The notes beneath the pieces were generated by a model. It did no database searches and was not told where the DNA came from. It was given only the letters and a program-made list of their open reading frames with translations. A program made the position numbers and the translations under genes. DNA of 63,992 nucleotides, the filler included, from Octopus bimaculoides (lineage: Eukaryota), in NCBI RefSeq assembly GCF_001194135.2. It is 5 parts of 4 records of this genome, joined end to end, with 100 filler letters (N's around TTAATTAATTAA, not from the genome) between each part and the next. Parts side by side here need not be neighbours in the genome. Positions count along the whole stretch, not along the records: positions 14,274 to 36,786 come from NC_069001.1; positions 36,887 to 52,377 come from NC_068991.1; 3 more parts are not named here. One strand, 5' to 3'. Within the stretch, counting starts at the first letter, position 1; every line of letters begins with the position of its first letter. Positions 36,233 through 47,808 of this stretch are shown here, one piece after another.

Positions 36233-36654
36233 AACATGAATTGTAAACCGGTTTCAACAAATGGAAACATGATTTTTGTAAATCAATGAAAGATTAATTA
36301 GCTACATAATATTTCTGATTTCAGAATACAGAGAGGATGGTTAATGATAATAATTTCAAAACTTACAATAGAGTGAAATGGATATTCCAAAGTCACAGTA
36401 ACATTATGAGCTGACTAATTAAAAACTATAGGATTGCTGATATGTCTTGGTCAGAATTTTTACGGGTCCAAAAGTCAAACCTATTCAACGATTTAGTGTG
36501 TTACATTAGTGACACCAATTACAAAGAATTGTTGACCAAGAAGAACTGATAGAAAGGGAAGGGAAGCCAAAATATGCATTGTTCTGAAAGCTTATCTTCT
36601 GTAGTTATATTATAGAGATGAAAAGGAATCAGGATTAAAATAGCATAGATTTTT

Positions 36655-36786
36655 TATTGTTTTGCTTGTTTCAGTTGTGTGATTGTGGCCGCACTGGAAC
36701 ACCACCGTTGGTCGAACAAATCAACCACAAAATTTATTCTTTGTAAGCCTAGGACTTATTCTATGAGTATCTTTTGCCAAACCGTT
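36655..36786 (-). mobile_element. SINE family 1, 3' part running into a gap
   Basis: TTGTTTCAGTTG...GGAACACCACC...TTATTCTTTGTAAGCCTAG...CTTTTGCCAAACCG. Confidence 0.7.
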
Positions 36787-36886
36787 NNNNNNNNNNNNNN
36801 NNNNNNNNNNNNNNNNNNNNNNNNNNNNNNTTAATTAATTAANNNNNNNNNNNNNNNNNNNNNNNNNNNNNNNNNNNNNNNNNNNN

Positions 36887-36931
<45 letters not shown>

Positions 36932-36934
36932 CCT

Positions 36935-36968
<34 letters not shown>

Positions 36969-37001
36969 CTGTTTATCTGTATTCTGTTTATCTCTCTCTC
37001 A

Positions 37002-37049
<48 letters not shown>

Positions 37050-37608
37050 TTATCAGTATCCTGCCTCTCTGTGTAGCTATCTATATACATACACAAACAT
37101 ATATGTGCACCTCTCTCTCCCACCACACACACATACTCTTATACATACACATACTTGCAAGTGTGCGCACGACACCACAAATTCCCAATTCTTTTCTAAA
37201 CGTTTGTCCTACAGGACGTAATCAGCGAAAAGGAAGGCTAACATCAGAATCAGAGGTTTAATAACACCACATATTTATGATGTAAAAACTAGCGTTCATT
37301 GAAAAATTATACCTTTTGGCATTTTATAAGATATCTGATAATGGAAAATTGTGATAATATTAAACTAGTATTTATTTAATATAAAACGACTGAATTGTCT
37401 CAGAGAGATATTCTACTTTGAAAATTGACAGATAAATTTGTGGGAATTAATGTTTAAATTTTATGAAGAAGGAAATAGAGGGAGGGAGAGAGAGAAAGAC
37501 AATGGACAGACAGGAAAAAGAGAGGTATGGAGGAAGGATAAGAAGGAAGAGATGAAGTGTCTAAAATAAAGCAGAAGCGGGGGAAAAGGTGGTGAAAGTA
37601 GGAATGTA

Positions 37609-37642
<34 letters not shown>

Positions 37643-37724
37643 AAGGTTTTGTCCTGGTACAAAAGATGGGCTACATCAAATATTCTGCTTAGTAACACAG
37701 ATTTGCATGTCATCTATCGGGGTG

Positions 37725-37812
37725 GGGAATAGTCGATTACATTGACCTCAGTAGTCAACTGGTACTTAATTTATCGACCCCGAAAGGATGAAAGGCATTG
37801 TGTTCCTCAGCG

Positions 37813-37854
<42 letters not shown>

Positions 37855-37992
37855 TGATGATGATGATGATTTCAAATTTTTGCTACAAGGGCAGCTTTGA
37901 GGAGGGGATTAAGTCGATTACATCGACCCCAGTGCGAAACTGGTACAAATTTTCATCGACCCCGAAAGGGATGAACGGCAAAGTCGACTTTA
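37725..37992 (-). mobile_element. Two partial family 2 SINE copies separated by an (AAT)n/(GAT)n tract
   Basis: AGTCGATTACAT.GACC.CAG...ATCGACCCCGAAAGG occurs at ~37730-37800 and again at ~37910-37990. Confidence 0.8.
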
Positions 37993-38027
37993 GAAACATT
38001 TGAATAACAAGACAGCGAAGAAAAGGA

Positions 38028-38150
38028 TGACGATGATGATGGTGTTGGTGCTGGTGAGGAAGAAGAAGAAGAAGAAGAAGAAGAAGAAGAAGAAGAAGAA
38101 GAAGAAAAGAAGAAGAAGAACAAGAAGAAGAAGAACAACAACAACAACGA
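38028..38150. repeat. (GAT)/(GAA)n/(CAA)n trinucleotide tract
   Basis: Direct inspection. Confidence 0.9.
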
Positions 38151-38320
38151 AGATAGAAATAACGGAATACTGACAAATATGTCGTAAAAATAGTAAATAA
38201 AATGGATTACAGTTTGTTACAAACGTTTTCAGCTTTAGAATTCCAATATGGCTGTCACTCAAAATAGTAATGTTGTCAAACGTATGATATAAATAGATAA
38301 AGTGCCAATGACCTTTGCAG

Positions 38321-38434
38321 GGATTTCTGGAATGGTGAGGGGGAATGTGGTTAATTCCCAGCTTGAATATGGACAAGGAAGAGATGCTTACATCGGAGTA
38401 GGCCCCAATAACTTTACCAAATTAACTTGGGAGG
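38321..38434 (+). CDS. Candidate exon B of the same unrecognised gene (ISGMVRGNVVNSQLEYGQGRDAYIGVGPNNFTKLTWE); 3' end uncertain
   Basis: Acceptor ACCTTTGCAG at 38320; begins in phase 1, so exon A's terminal A plus GG gives AGG (Arg) and the frame reads YNGASQ-R-ISGMVRG. The donor at 38435 (GG|GTGTTA) is weak and the frame stays open to 38523. Confidence 0.55.
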
Positions 38435-38558
38435 GTGTTATGCCGGTTCATGCTTTAAGCCTGTCACTTATAATCATGCTCATACATATAAGTACATTCA
38501 AACGTATGTATGTGTGTGTATAATACACACACACACATTCACACACACACACACATAC

Positions 38559-38633
<75 letters not shown>

Positions 38634-39099
38634 ACGTGAGAGGAATTTATAATCCCTCGAGAGAAGGTGAATTAATAATTCTTTTTCTAAACAGTGGATA
38701 TATATTTCGTTTTTGTATTCGGTTTGCAAGATTCTTTCTGTGAATTCGTGTGTTGAAGCATATTTTATTTTGTCTGGGAGAATCATTCTCTTTTAGAGCC
38801 TTAATAATCTAACACACTCACCGGTCCAATTTCCACTCATTTACTTATTCATTTTTGCTAAAATTTTCGTTGCGTCTTGCAACCTTTTTAATAGTCGTTG
38901 ATTCTCAATGTCTATTGAAAAGGTTGAATAATGTTGAAACAATCTGGTTTTCACGTTTTTTTGTTATGGTATTTTAACAAAATTAGCGCTTTCATACATA
39001 GTGTATTATTCAAACAACAGAATCCCATTCACTGTTCGTTTTGATGTAACAAACATACAAACATTCCACATGATTTGGAACTTACTACCATAAAATATT

Positions 39100-39300
39100 A
39101 GGTCGAGAAACATAGAGAAGTGAACCCCAGTAGATTTACTGCAACCTTCATACTAGACGCAGTTAACCTCATCCTTGAAAACAATGGGAAAAAAACTACC
39201 TCCAAATTCGAGGCACAGCTACGGAGACGCGATTTGCTCCAGTTTCCACGAACTCTGTATTGGGATACAAAACCGATATAAAAAAAATTGAAGAGAACTA
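39100..39300 (+). mobile_element. Penelope-like element RT fragment
   Basis: FILDAVNLILENN...YLQIRGTATETRFAP...LGY matches the PLE RT ILENN / YLQ..GTAMG..FAP..ANL..GY region; frameshifted. Confidence 0.75.
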
Positions 39301-39332
39301 CAGCGTAACCTTTAAAAGACATATAGAGGACA

Positions 39333-39383
39333 CATTGCCCTAGCGCCATCATTACCCAAGCGCTATCATTGCCCTAGCGCCAT
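39333..39383. repeat. 17-bp tandem repeat x3 (CATTGCCCTAGCGCCAT)
   Basis: Units at 39333, 39350 and 39367. Confidence 0.85.
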
Positions 39384-39656
39384 CGTTGTCCTCGCTTGGT
39401 TGCAGTTCTAAAATCGCAAACATTGTAAGAAATCCCTGGATTCTGAATAGGAACTTTTATTTTCAATCAATGTGGTATCATGATAAAACCCACAAGAACA
39501 CATGATAGTGCAGATGATATTTATAAACGAATTTTGTTATGCTGAGTTCAAATCAGAACCTTGAAGTCGTGGTTGGGTCAGTTGATTACAAACTTGATCC
39601 TAGCATGATCTGATAAAACGAACACGACGCACGTACGAAAGTTGATTTCCTGGACT

Positions 39657-39704
<48 letters not shown>

Positions 39705-40155
39705 ACTTGAGTTGCAGTTTCGTTGCCCTGTGCCAAGATAAGTAATTAATAAATCTCGATATCTCTACGTGTGTACATGGTGCGGTCATTTACAGAGTGA
39801 TTCGGGAGCTAGCAGCAGATAAGGATCGTCATTGCAACTGATGAGGAACTGCGGATGGTCTAGTCGAAGAGCAATTGGGGAGATAGATTAAAATATACTG
39901 CACTTTGTGAGCAAGTTTGTGTGAGTATGCGCGCGTGTGTTTGTAGTATAAAGGAAACGATCAAAACAGAAAGAATGCACTCTTGATGTGAATATAAGTC
40001 AGTGTGCCATTGCGCACGAGTGTTTGTACGTGTATATATTTGCATGTGTATTCTATCTATTCCAAATAGATAGAACAAAGTCTGATTTGTCAAGTATTTG
40101 TGTGTGTATGTTCATACAATATATATGAAATTTTCTACATAGTGACCATCCCAAC

Positions 40156-40830
40156 CAGTGTTTCTCAAACGGGGCTCCTATGGCCCTTGAGGGTCCACAT
40201 GACTCCATATAAGATTTTATTGTTGGGGCTCCATATAAGATTTTGTTGTTAACGTTTATGATTAATAAATTGGTTATATTTCTATAATGTATAAAATATC
40301 TTAACAATTTTCTTGAATTTTCTTATAGGTACAGGAGTGGCTGTGTGGTAAGTAGCTTGCTTCCCAACCACATAGTTTCGGGTTTAGTCCCACTGCGTTG
40401 CAACTTGGGAAAGTGTCTTCTACAATAGCCACGGGCCGACTAAAGCTATGTGAGTAGATTTGGTAGATGGAAACTGAAAGAAGCCTGTCGTATATATGTA
40501 TATAATTGTATGTATGCGTTTGTTGTTTGTGTTAGTGTTTGTCCCCCAACCATCGCTTGAAAACCATTGTTAGTGTCTTTACGGTTCGGCAAAAGATACC
40601 GATAGAATAAGTAATAGGCTTACAAAGACTAAGTCCTGGGGTCGAGTTATTCGACTAAAGGTGGTGCTCCAACATGGCCGCAGTCAAATGACAAACAAGT
40701 TAAAGAGTAAATAAAATTCCTAATAATATTTAATTGTAAAAACATAATAGGCCTTTTTAAACATCGGGTCCATCCGAGTAAAATTTGAAATCAAAGGAGA
40801 CCATAGGTAGAACACAGTTTAGAAACACTA
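40156..40830. mobile_element. hAT/Charlie-like MITE interrupted by a family 1 SINE
   Basis: Left CAGTGTTTCTCAAA and right TTTAGAAACACTA are near-inverted termini; no convincing 8-bp TSD. Confidence 0.55.
40332..40715 (+). mobile_element. SINE family 1, full length
   Basis: GGAGTGGCTGTGTGGTAAGTAGCTTGCTTCCCAACCAC...GGTGGTGCTCCAACATGGCCGCAGTCAAATGAC, with a (TAAAAGAG)-like tail. Confidence 0.9.
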
Positions 40831-41181
40831 ATCAGGCTATTTGTAAAGATGGAAAATACAGAATAATCTCATTTCTAACTCTTTTGGGGGTGGGGGTTAG
40901 AAATAAAGGGGAAAAAATGATCAACTGCGAATGACAAAAGAAGAATACTTTATAAAAATTTTAATTCTAAAAATAAACCTGAAATAGCCAACACCGCTAA
41001 AAGCAACTACCTCTATAAAGATTACTTTGAAACACATGGCTTTCAAAAACGCTTAACACAACACGAATATTTCTAGTTATTTATTTATTTATTTATTACA
41101 CAATCATTTATTAATTTACGAAACATTTTCTTCTTATATTTACATTTACATATATATATATATATATATATACATACATTT

Positions 41182-41224
<43 letters not shown>

Positions 41225-41719
41225 GGTCAACATATTGTTATTGTTATATCTATGTATAAAATATGTATTATACACGCGCACACGATCAGACCAACGGAGT
41301 ATGCGGATGCTGCCTTCTACAAATCTACTGGGATTTTCAACGAATTCTCCTTTCCTTCAGGCGACAAGATTATGACAATAATGTAAACAGTCACAGAAAA
41401 TTCAAATCATTTGAAGAATGCGTCGAGAAATAGCCATTCCATAGGCTAAGCAAGTTACATGTAACTCACACAGCATGGCCGCAGTCAAATGCCTAAAACA
41501 AGTAAAAGAGTAAAAGAGTCTTAATTATACAATTAGTGTAGGTCGATGAAGGAGATATTTTGGGACTTAGGACAATAATCTTTGTAACAGAAGAGATTAA
41601 AGGTGATTAATACCTGTCGTGCCAGAAATGCAGCCTGTTGTAAATTTAAATGTACTATCATATCACAGAAAGGTAACAAAATGGAGATGATTTTCCATGG
41701 GCGTGAATATGAAATGCTT

Positions 41720-41819
<100 letters not shown>

Positions 41820-42042
41820 TACATATAGACAATTTTTACCGTCTAACGAAGCGTACACAGAGTTACCCATCAGGAGAATTCATGGACTAGCAACAAATTG
41901 TAGTCACAGACATTAAATGATGGTCGTAGTGGTTGGCCATTAACTGGAACTTAACCGAGAACTAAAACGATGTCCGCCCGGATAATATACCCCACCCAAA
42001 CTCATTTATATAAATATATATACACATAAAGTCTGTCATACC

Positions 42043-42082
42043 GGCCATGACGAAGGGAAATAGCCCTGAAACTCGAGTCGCC
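42043..42082 (+). ncRNA. Minimal type I hammerhead-like motif with palindromic loop III (one extra nt in the core)
   Basis: GGC-C(A)UGACGA-AGGG-AAAUAG-CCCU-GAAA-C-UCGA-G-UC^-GCC. Confidence 0.6.
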
Positions 42083-43094
42083 TTTATATATTTGTATTTA
42101 TATATTTATATATTTGATCTTTTATATTGAACACTCAATATTTCATCTACATTCAATACTTTCTTTCATGGTGCCATCCATTTTTATTTTATTTTATTTT
42201 ATATTATATATTGTATATTATATTTTATATTGTATATTCCATATTCTATACCTCACATTGGTTCTGCAGGAATATAAATAAAACATAAAAAACAGACAGT
42301 GTTGGAACTCTTTTAAACAAAATAATATATTCCTCTATACACAATCATACAAAAAAACCACCTTTTTTGTATTTATTTTTACTCGCATATACATATATAT
42401 ATATATATACATATATAAATATATATATACATGTATGTATACATGTATGTATATATGTAGTATGTATGTATTCAATTATGAATTAAAAGGAGTGATAATA
42501 ATGTAAAACTTATGGACCACACATACGCAAGGCAGTATGTGACATACTTGTTCGCCGATTTGCTGCCCTACCGCGGTGGGCGGACGACTCCTTTTTAGCG
42601 CCGGGTGTTAAAAGAACTGAATGTCATAGAATTGTCTATCTACTCTTCATTTCGAGCATTCAACGACAATATGAGTCTTCAAAGACACTTGTTCCCATAA
42701 ATTCTAGAATAAAATTTAGGATTTATGGAGGGTCAAAGTTGGGAATAAAAACGTGACAGTGTAAACATACAAGGAAACTGAACGAAAGCAAGCATGGAGG
42801 GTCATCAGACCAGAACGAGAGGAAAATAGTGAACGCTGTGAGAAACATTTTTTTTTTTTTTGAAAAGAGAAAAGATAGAAGGGAAAAAATATCCAAGTCT
42901 TTTTTCAACATCCATGCAAGAACAGAAAGATGGTCAGGTGAGAAAAAGAAAGATGGACGATGGTCACATGTGAGCAACGAGAGAGAGAGAAAGAGGAGGA
43001 GAGAGACACACACATATAGAAAACGGTGAAGGAGGGAGGGGGACAAAAAGGGAATTAGAGAAGGATGGAAGAAGAAAACTTACGATCGTGTGTG

Positions 43095-43300
43095 TGTTTG
43101 TGTGAGTAATAGTCCCCCCACAGGCGTTTCAAAACCGTTTTTGTTTTGCTTACGTCTCTGAAAACGGTACAGCAACAGAGACCGATAGAATAAGTACCAG
43201 ACAAAATATACATACATGAATCAATTCGTTCGAATGAAACCCTCCAAGCGGTGCCACAGCATGGCCAGAGTCCAGTGACTGAAAGAAGTAAAAGATATGA
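43095..43300 (+). mobile_element. SINE family 1, 3' part
   Basis: GAGACCGATAGAATAAGTACCAG...CAGCATGGCCAGAGTCCAGTGACTGAAAGAAGTAAAAG. Confidence 0.7.
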
Positions 43301-43681
43301 GATAAAAGATTATATTCCGAAGAATGATTGCTAGAAAATATATAACAGTTATAAAGGAAGATAATTTTCGGCAGGCTTCGAAACACTATATAAACAGATA
43401 TTACAGAGTGTAATGTCATTCTTTGTAATGAAACTATAGTTTCACAAACAAGATTTGAAAGGAAACGTGATAGTTGTAAGTGCTAACTTTTAGCACTACA
43501 ACATTACGTATCCTTGCGCGTGTGGATGTATGTGTGCTTGCGTGTTTATGTGCGTGTTTAACTGTAGTAACACTATGAAAGATGCAGAGAGAAAAAATGT
43601 ACGGTGTATGTGAATAAAATATCAATGTGTTGGTGTGTGCATATGAGTATACATTTCTGAGGTTGTGTGTGTTTGTGTTTG

Positions 43682-43724
<43 letters not shown>

Positions 43725-44337
43725 NNNNNNNNNNNNNNNNNNNNNNNNNNNNNNNNNNNNNNNNNNNNNNNNNNNNNNNNNNNNNNNNNNNNNNNNNNNN
43801 NNNNNNNNNNNNNNNNNNNNNNNNNNNNNNNNNNNNNNNNNNNNNNNNNNNNNNNNNNNNNNNNNNNNNNNNNNNNNNNNNNNNNNNNNNNNNNNNNNNN
43901 NNNNNNNNNNNNNNNNNNNNNNNNNNNNNNNNNNNNNNNNNNNNNNNNNNNNNNNNNNNNNNNNNNNNNNNNNNNNNNNNNNNNNNNNNNNNNNNNNNNN
44001 NNNNNNAGAGAGAGAGAGAGAGAGAGAGACTTGAATATTTTGTGGTAAAACTTCAGCAAATAGGATAGCACTCCATCAGCTAAGAGAGGAAAGATAATGT
44101 TATGAAAAAAAAAAAAAAAAGAACATAAGTCTTATGAAATACACATACCCAGGGTTTCTTGGTTGAAACATTAACTTATTCCGCCATTTTTCAACCTGAG
44201 GACAAAATCGTTTGTCAGTTGTTTTTTAAGCAAATGGTCTTTGAACAAGCGACGGTCATAAGAAAACATGAAGAAAAATACAAGGGAGATAACCAACGTT
44301 ACAATAAACGTCAAAATGACTTAAACAAGATAGGTTC

Positions 44338-44745
44338 AGGAGTGGCTGTGTGGTAAGAAGCTTGTTCCCAACCACATAGTCCCGCGTTCAGTCCCACTGC
44401 GTGGACCTTGGGCGAGTGTCTTCTACTATAGCCACGGGCCGACCTAACCCTTCTGAGTGGATTTGGCAGACGGAAACTGAAAGAAGCCCGTTGTAAATAT
44501 ATACTCAACACATACAAACACACACACACATACACACACATTTGTGTGTCTGCGTTCGTCCCCACACCATCACTTGACAACCGATGTTGGTGTGTTTACG
44601 TCTCCCCACCTTAGCGGTTCGGCAAAAGTGTCCGATAGAATAAGTACTAGGCTTACAAAGAATAATTCCTCGGGTCGATTTGTCCGACTAAATGTGGTAC
44701 TCCAGCATGGCCGTAGTCAAATTACTGAAACAAGTAAAAAAAATG
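44338..44745 (+). mobile_element. SINE family 1, full length
   Basis: Complete head, CORE-like domain, (CA) tract and 3' end CCAGCATGGCCGTAGTCAAATTACTGAAACAAG. Confidence 0.9.
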
Positions 44746-45364
44746 AAAGAATAAGGTAATGGTTTCTATGTGTCTGGTGGCTTAATTTCACCTTCATCCA
44801 AGTTGTATTTCTTAAAATGTGGGCAACGTAATCATACTATTTACTTAGGTTAAAGAATAGGCATATATACACGTATGTGCCCCACCAACCTTGTTTTGTC
44901 TTAACTTCCAGGAAAAAAAATTAATGAATTTTTCTACAAATATGCTTCAGATAGTGTAGATCCCAATTATAACAGAATTTGTTGTAAAAGAAAAGATTTT
45001 TGGGGAGTGTATAGAGAGTATTTTTATAAAATTCACGTGAGTCGGATTTGTTTCCTCATAACTTTCGGAATAATGAATATATTTAAACGAAAATTTCGAC
45101 AAATAAATTTCAGAATGTATAGAATATTATTAAGTCACAATTTAATATGAAGATATGAATTAATGGAATAACACACATAGATTAATGGCACATGTCACCT
45201 ATTTCTTGGAAAAATTATATTTCATAATAAATTCAGATATAATTGGAATCTACATCACCTGAAGTATTTTTGTAGAAAATTTCATTAAGGAATATTCCTT
45301 TTCCTGGCAGTTATGAGGAAAGAAATTCGTTGGGGCATACATGTGTAGGTTTACAGCAGTTAGC

Positions 45365-45580
45365 TACAGGGTGTCCACAAGGTCTGGGTACATGGAGTAA
45401 ATAAAATCATAACATGAACAATTAGATATAAGAAATAATAATTTCTTAAAGCATGTGTTAATCCTCATGTGGGTACATGAAGTAAATAAAATCATAACAT
45501 AAACAATTAAATATAAAAAATAATAATTTTATAAAGTATGTGTTAATCCCTATGTACCCAGACTTTGTGGATACCCTGTA
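45365..45580. mobile_element. Tc1/mariner MITE with ~27-bp TIRs, TA TSD and an internal 85-bp tandem duplication
   Basis: TA|CAGGGTGTCCACAAGGTCTGGGTACAT...ATGTACCCAGACTTTGTGGATACCCTG|TA; 45386-45470 is repeated at 45471-45555. Confidence 0.9.
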
Positions 45581-46167
45581 TATCATTGCGCGGTTACTGT
45601 ATATCATTTCGTATACGTTACCGGAAGTCTATAATAAACATGTATATTTTTAAAATAATAACCGTAGATATATATATGTATATACGTACGTGTGTGTGGG
45701 TGACAGTACACACGCATACACACGAACACTTTTTTCTCCCTCCTTCTTTTGCTTTCTTCCACCTCCTCTATTTTCTTCTTTCTCCTAGCTGTCACACGAT
45801 CACAAGCTTCCTGCTTTTACTTTGCTATGCCTTTCTCATCTCGTCTTACATTTTTCGCTTTCCCGACATTCGTCACCTTCCAGATATCTTTGTAAGGTTC
45901 TCCCGTCATCAGCAACTAAAGACACAGTCACTCCATCATGGTGTATTTAAATTATTTAAAGCACAAGAGAATCTGAGCGGTCATTAATAATGACGGTTGT
46001 TTTAGTAAACCATGAGATAATTACAATTTGGTTTGTATGCATGAATTAATTAATTATTCCAATTGGAAGTATTGTTGAAAAATATACGTGATGAAAGATG
46101 CTGAGAGTTTGGCGTTGTAAATAAAAATGTCAGAATAACAATATATAAAAATAAATTTTAAAAATTG

Positions 46168-46497
46168 CCAACCACATGGTTCCGGGTTCAGACCCACTGT
46201 GTGGCACCTTGTGCACCTTCTACTATAGCCTCGGGCCGACCAAAGCCTTGTGAGTGTATTTGGTAGATGGAAACTGGAAGAAGTCTGTTGTATATATATA
46301 TGTTTGTATGTCTGTGTCCCCCTCAAACATCGCTTGACAACCGATGCTGATGTGTTTACGCCCCCGTTACTTAGCGAGACCGATATAATAAGTACTAGGC
46401 TTACAAAGAATAAGTCCTGGGGTCGATTTGCTCGACTAAAGGCGGTGCTCCAGCATGGCCGCACTCAAATGACTGAAACAAATAAAAGAAAAGAAAA
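46168..46497 (+). mobile_element. SINE family 1
   Basis: CCAACCACATGGTTCCGGGTTCAG...TCGACTAAAGGCGGTGCTCCAGCATGGCCGCA. Confidence 0.9.
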
Positions 46498-46580
46498 GAA
46501 TTCCACAAATATCATACAAGTTTGGTTACTTTGAACATGTACAAATGATTCACTTGTTATTCTATATTATCTTATTTTCG

Positions 46581-46714
46581 TTGTAAGCCTAGTACTTTGT
46601 AAGCCTAGTTTTTTGTAAGCCTAATTCTTTGTAAGCCTAGTTCTTTGTAAGCCTAGTACTTATTCTTGTACGCCTAGTACTTATTCTTACTAGAATAAGT
46701 ACTAGGTTTACAAA
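46581..46714. repeat. SINE-derived 16-17-bp minisatellite (TTTGTAAGCCTAGTWC) ending in a hairpin
   Basis: About 6 units, each the reverse complement of the family 1 motif GTACTAGGCTTACAAAG; terminal GCCTAGTACTTATTCT-TACT-AGAATAAGTACTAGG. Confidence 0.85.
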
Positions 46715-47271
46715 TTATTTATTATTTTCTATAATAAATACTCTTCGTATTCAAAATTTACCAAAATATATGCATATTTACACATAAGTATATGATCTTA
46801 CAAACACGTTACATACATTTTCTAAATGTTTTCAAGGGACAGCAGATTTAGTTTATGCAAAAAGTTACACATTTTGAACATATTCGACTCATTCCATGCA
46901 AAGCTACATATGTACATAATAAACATTATTATTCTTATTTGCAGCAAAAATTCCCTATGAACAATATTTCTTGTATAGACATGAGGAGCCACCTGGGCTT
47001 GCTGCATATTCAGTCTGTAATTTCAAATAATCACTGTTCTTTGTTCTGCTCAAAACAAGAAATACACGTGCGCAGTTTCTTAAGCAGATAGGCTACAGCT
47101 GAATGCATCATGCATCACAATAAGTTGGATACAAAAGGTAATAGCGAAATGCTGTTGAATATATGAAGCAGAATAATTGAAAGTTGAATACGCCTATATA
47201 CAAATATATATTGGGGACATCGTATTATATATATATATTGGTTTTAGATTAGCAAAAGGCCAGTACTATCG

Positions 47272-47420
47272 GAGGAGGGGAAAAGTCGATTACATCAAGC
47301 CAGTGCACAACTCGTACTTATGTTATCGACCCTCAAAAGGGATGAAAGACAAGTTCGATCTCAACAGAATTTGAATTTATATCGTACAGACCAACGAAAT
47401 ACCACTAAGCATTTTGTCGG
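47272..47420 (-). mobile_element. SINE family 2
   Basis: AAAGTCGATTACATCAAGCCAG...ATCGACCC...GGATGAAAGACAAG...GAATTTGAA. Confidence 0.75.
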
Positions 47421-47441
47421 GTTCGTAAATAGTTGTACCAT

Positions 47442-47442
<1 letters not shown>

Positions 47443-47515
<73 letters not shown>
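47443..47515. repeat. (TATC)n tetranucleotide microsatellite
   Basis: Direct inspection; similar tracts at 34050-34190 and 59875-59935. Confidence 0.95.
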
Positions 47516-47808
47516 NNNNNNNNNNNNNNNNNNNNNNNNNNNNNNNNNNNNNNNNNNNNNNNNNNNNNNNNNNNNNNNNNNNNNNNNNNNNNNNNNNNNN
47601 NNNNNNNNNNNNNNNNNNNNNNNNNNNNNNNNNNNNNNNNNNNNNNNNNNNNNNNNNNNNNNNNNNNNNNNNNNNNNNNNNNNNNNNNNNNNNNNNNNNN
47701 NNNNNNATATATAAATTCGTGTGACGAAAGATTTCCGGACAATGGACAGGCCTTAAAATATTAAAATAAGAGTAATAAACGAGTGAAGAGAATATATATA
47801 TTGTGTGT

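Noticed and set aside
46980-47090. Terminal exon after acceptor TTTCTTGTATAG (phase 1 would fit exon B)
   Set aside because: The resulting peptide is unremarkable and depends on a weak exon B donor; cannot be distinguished from chance.
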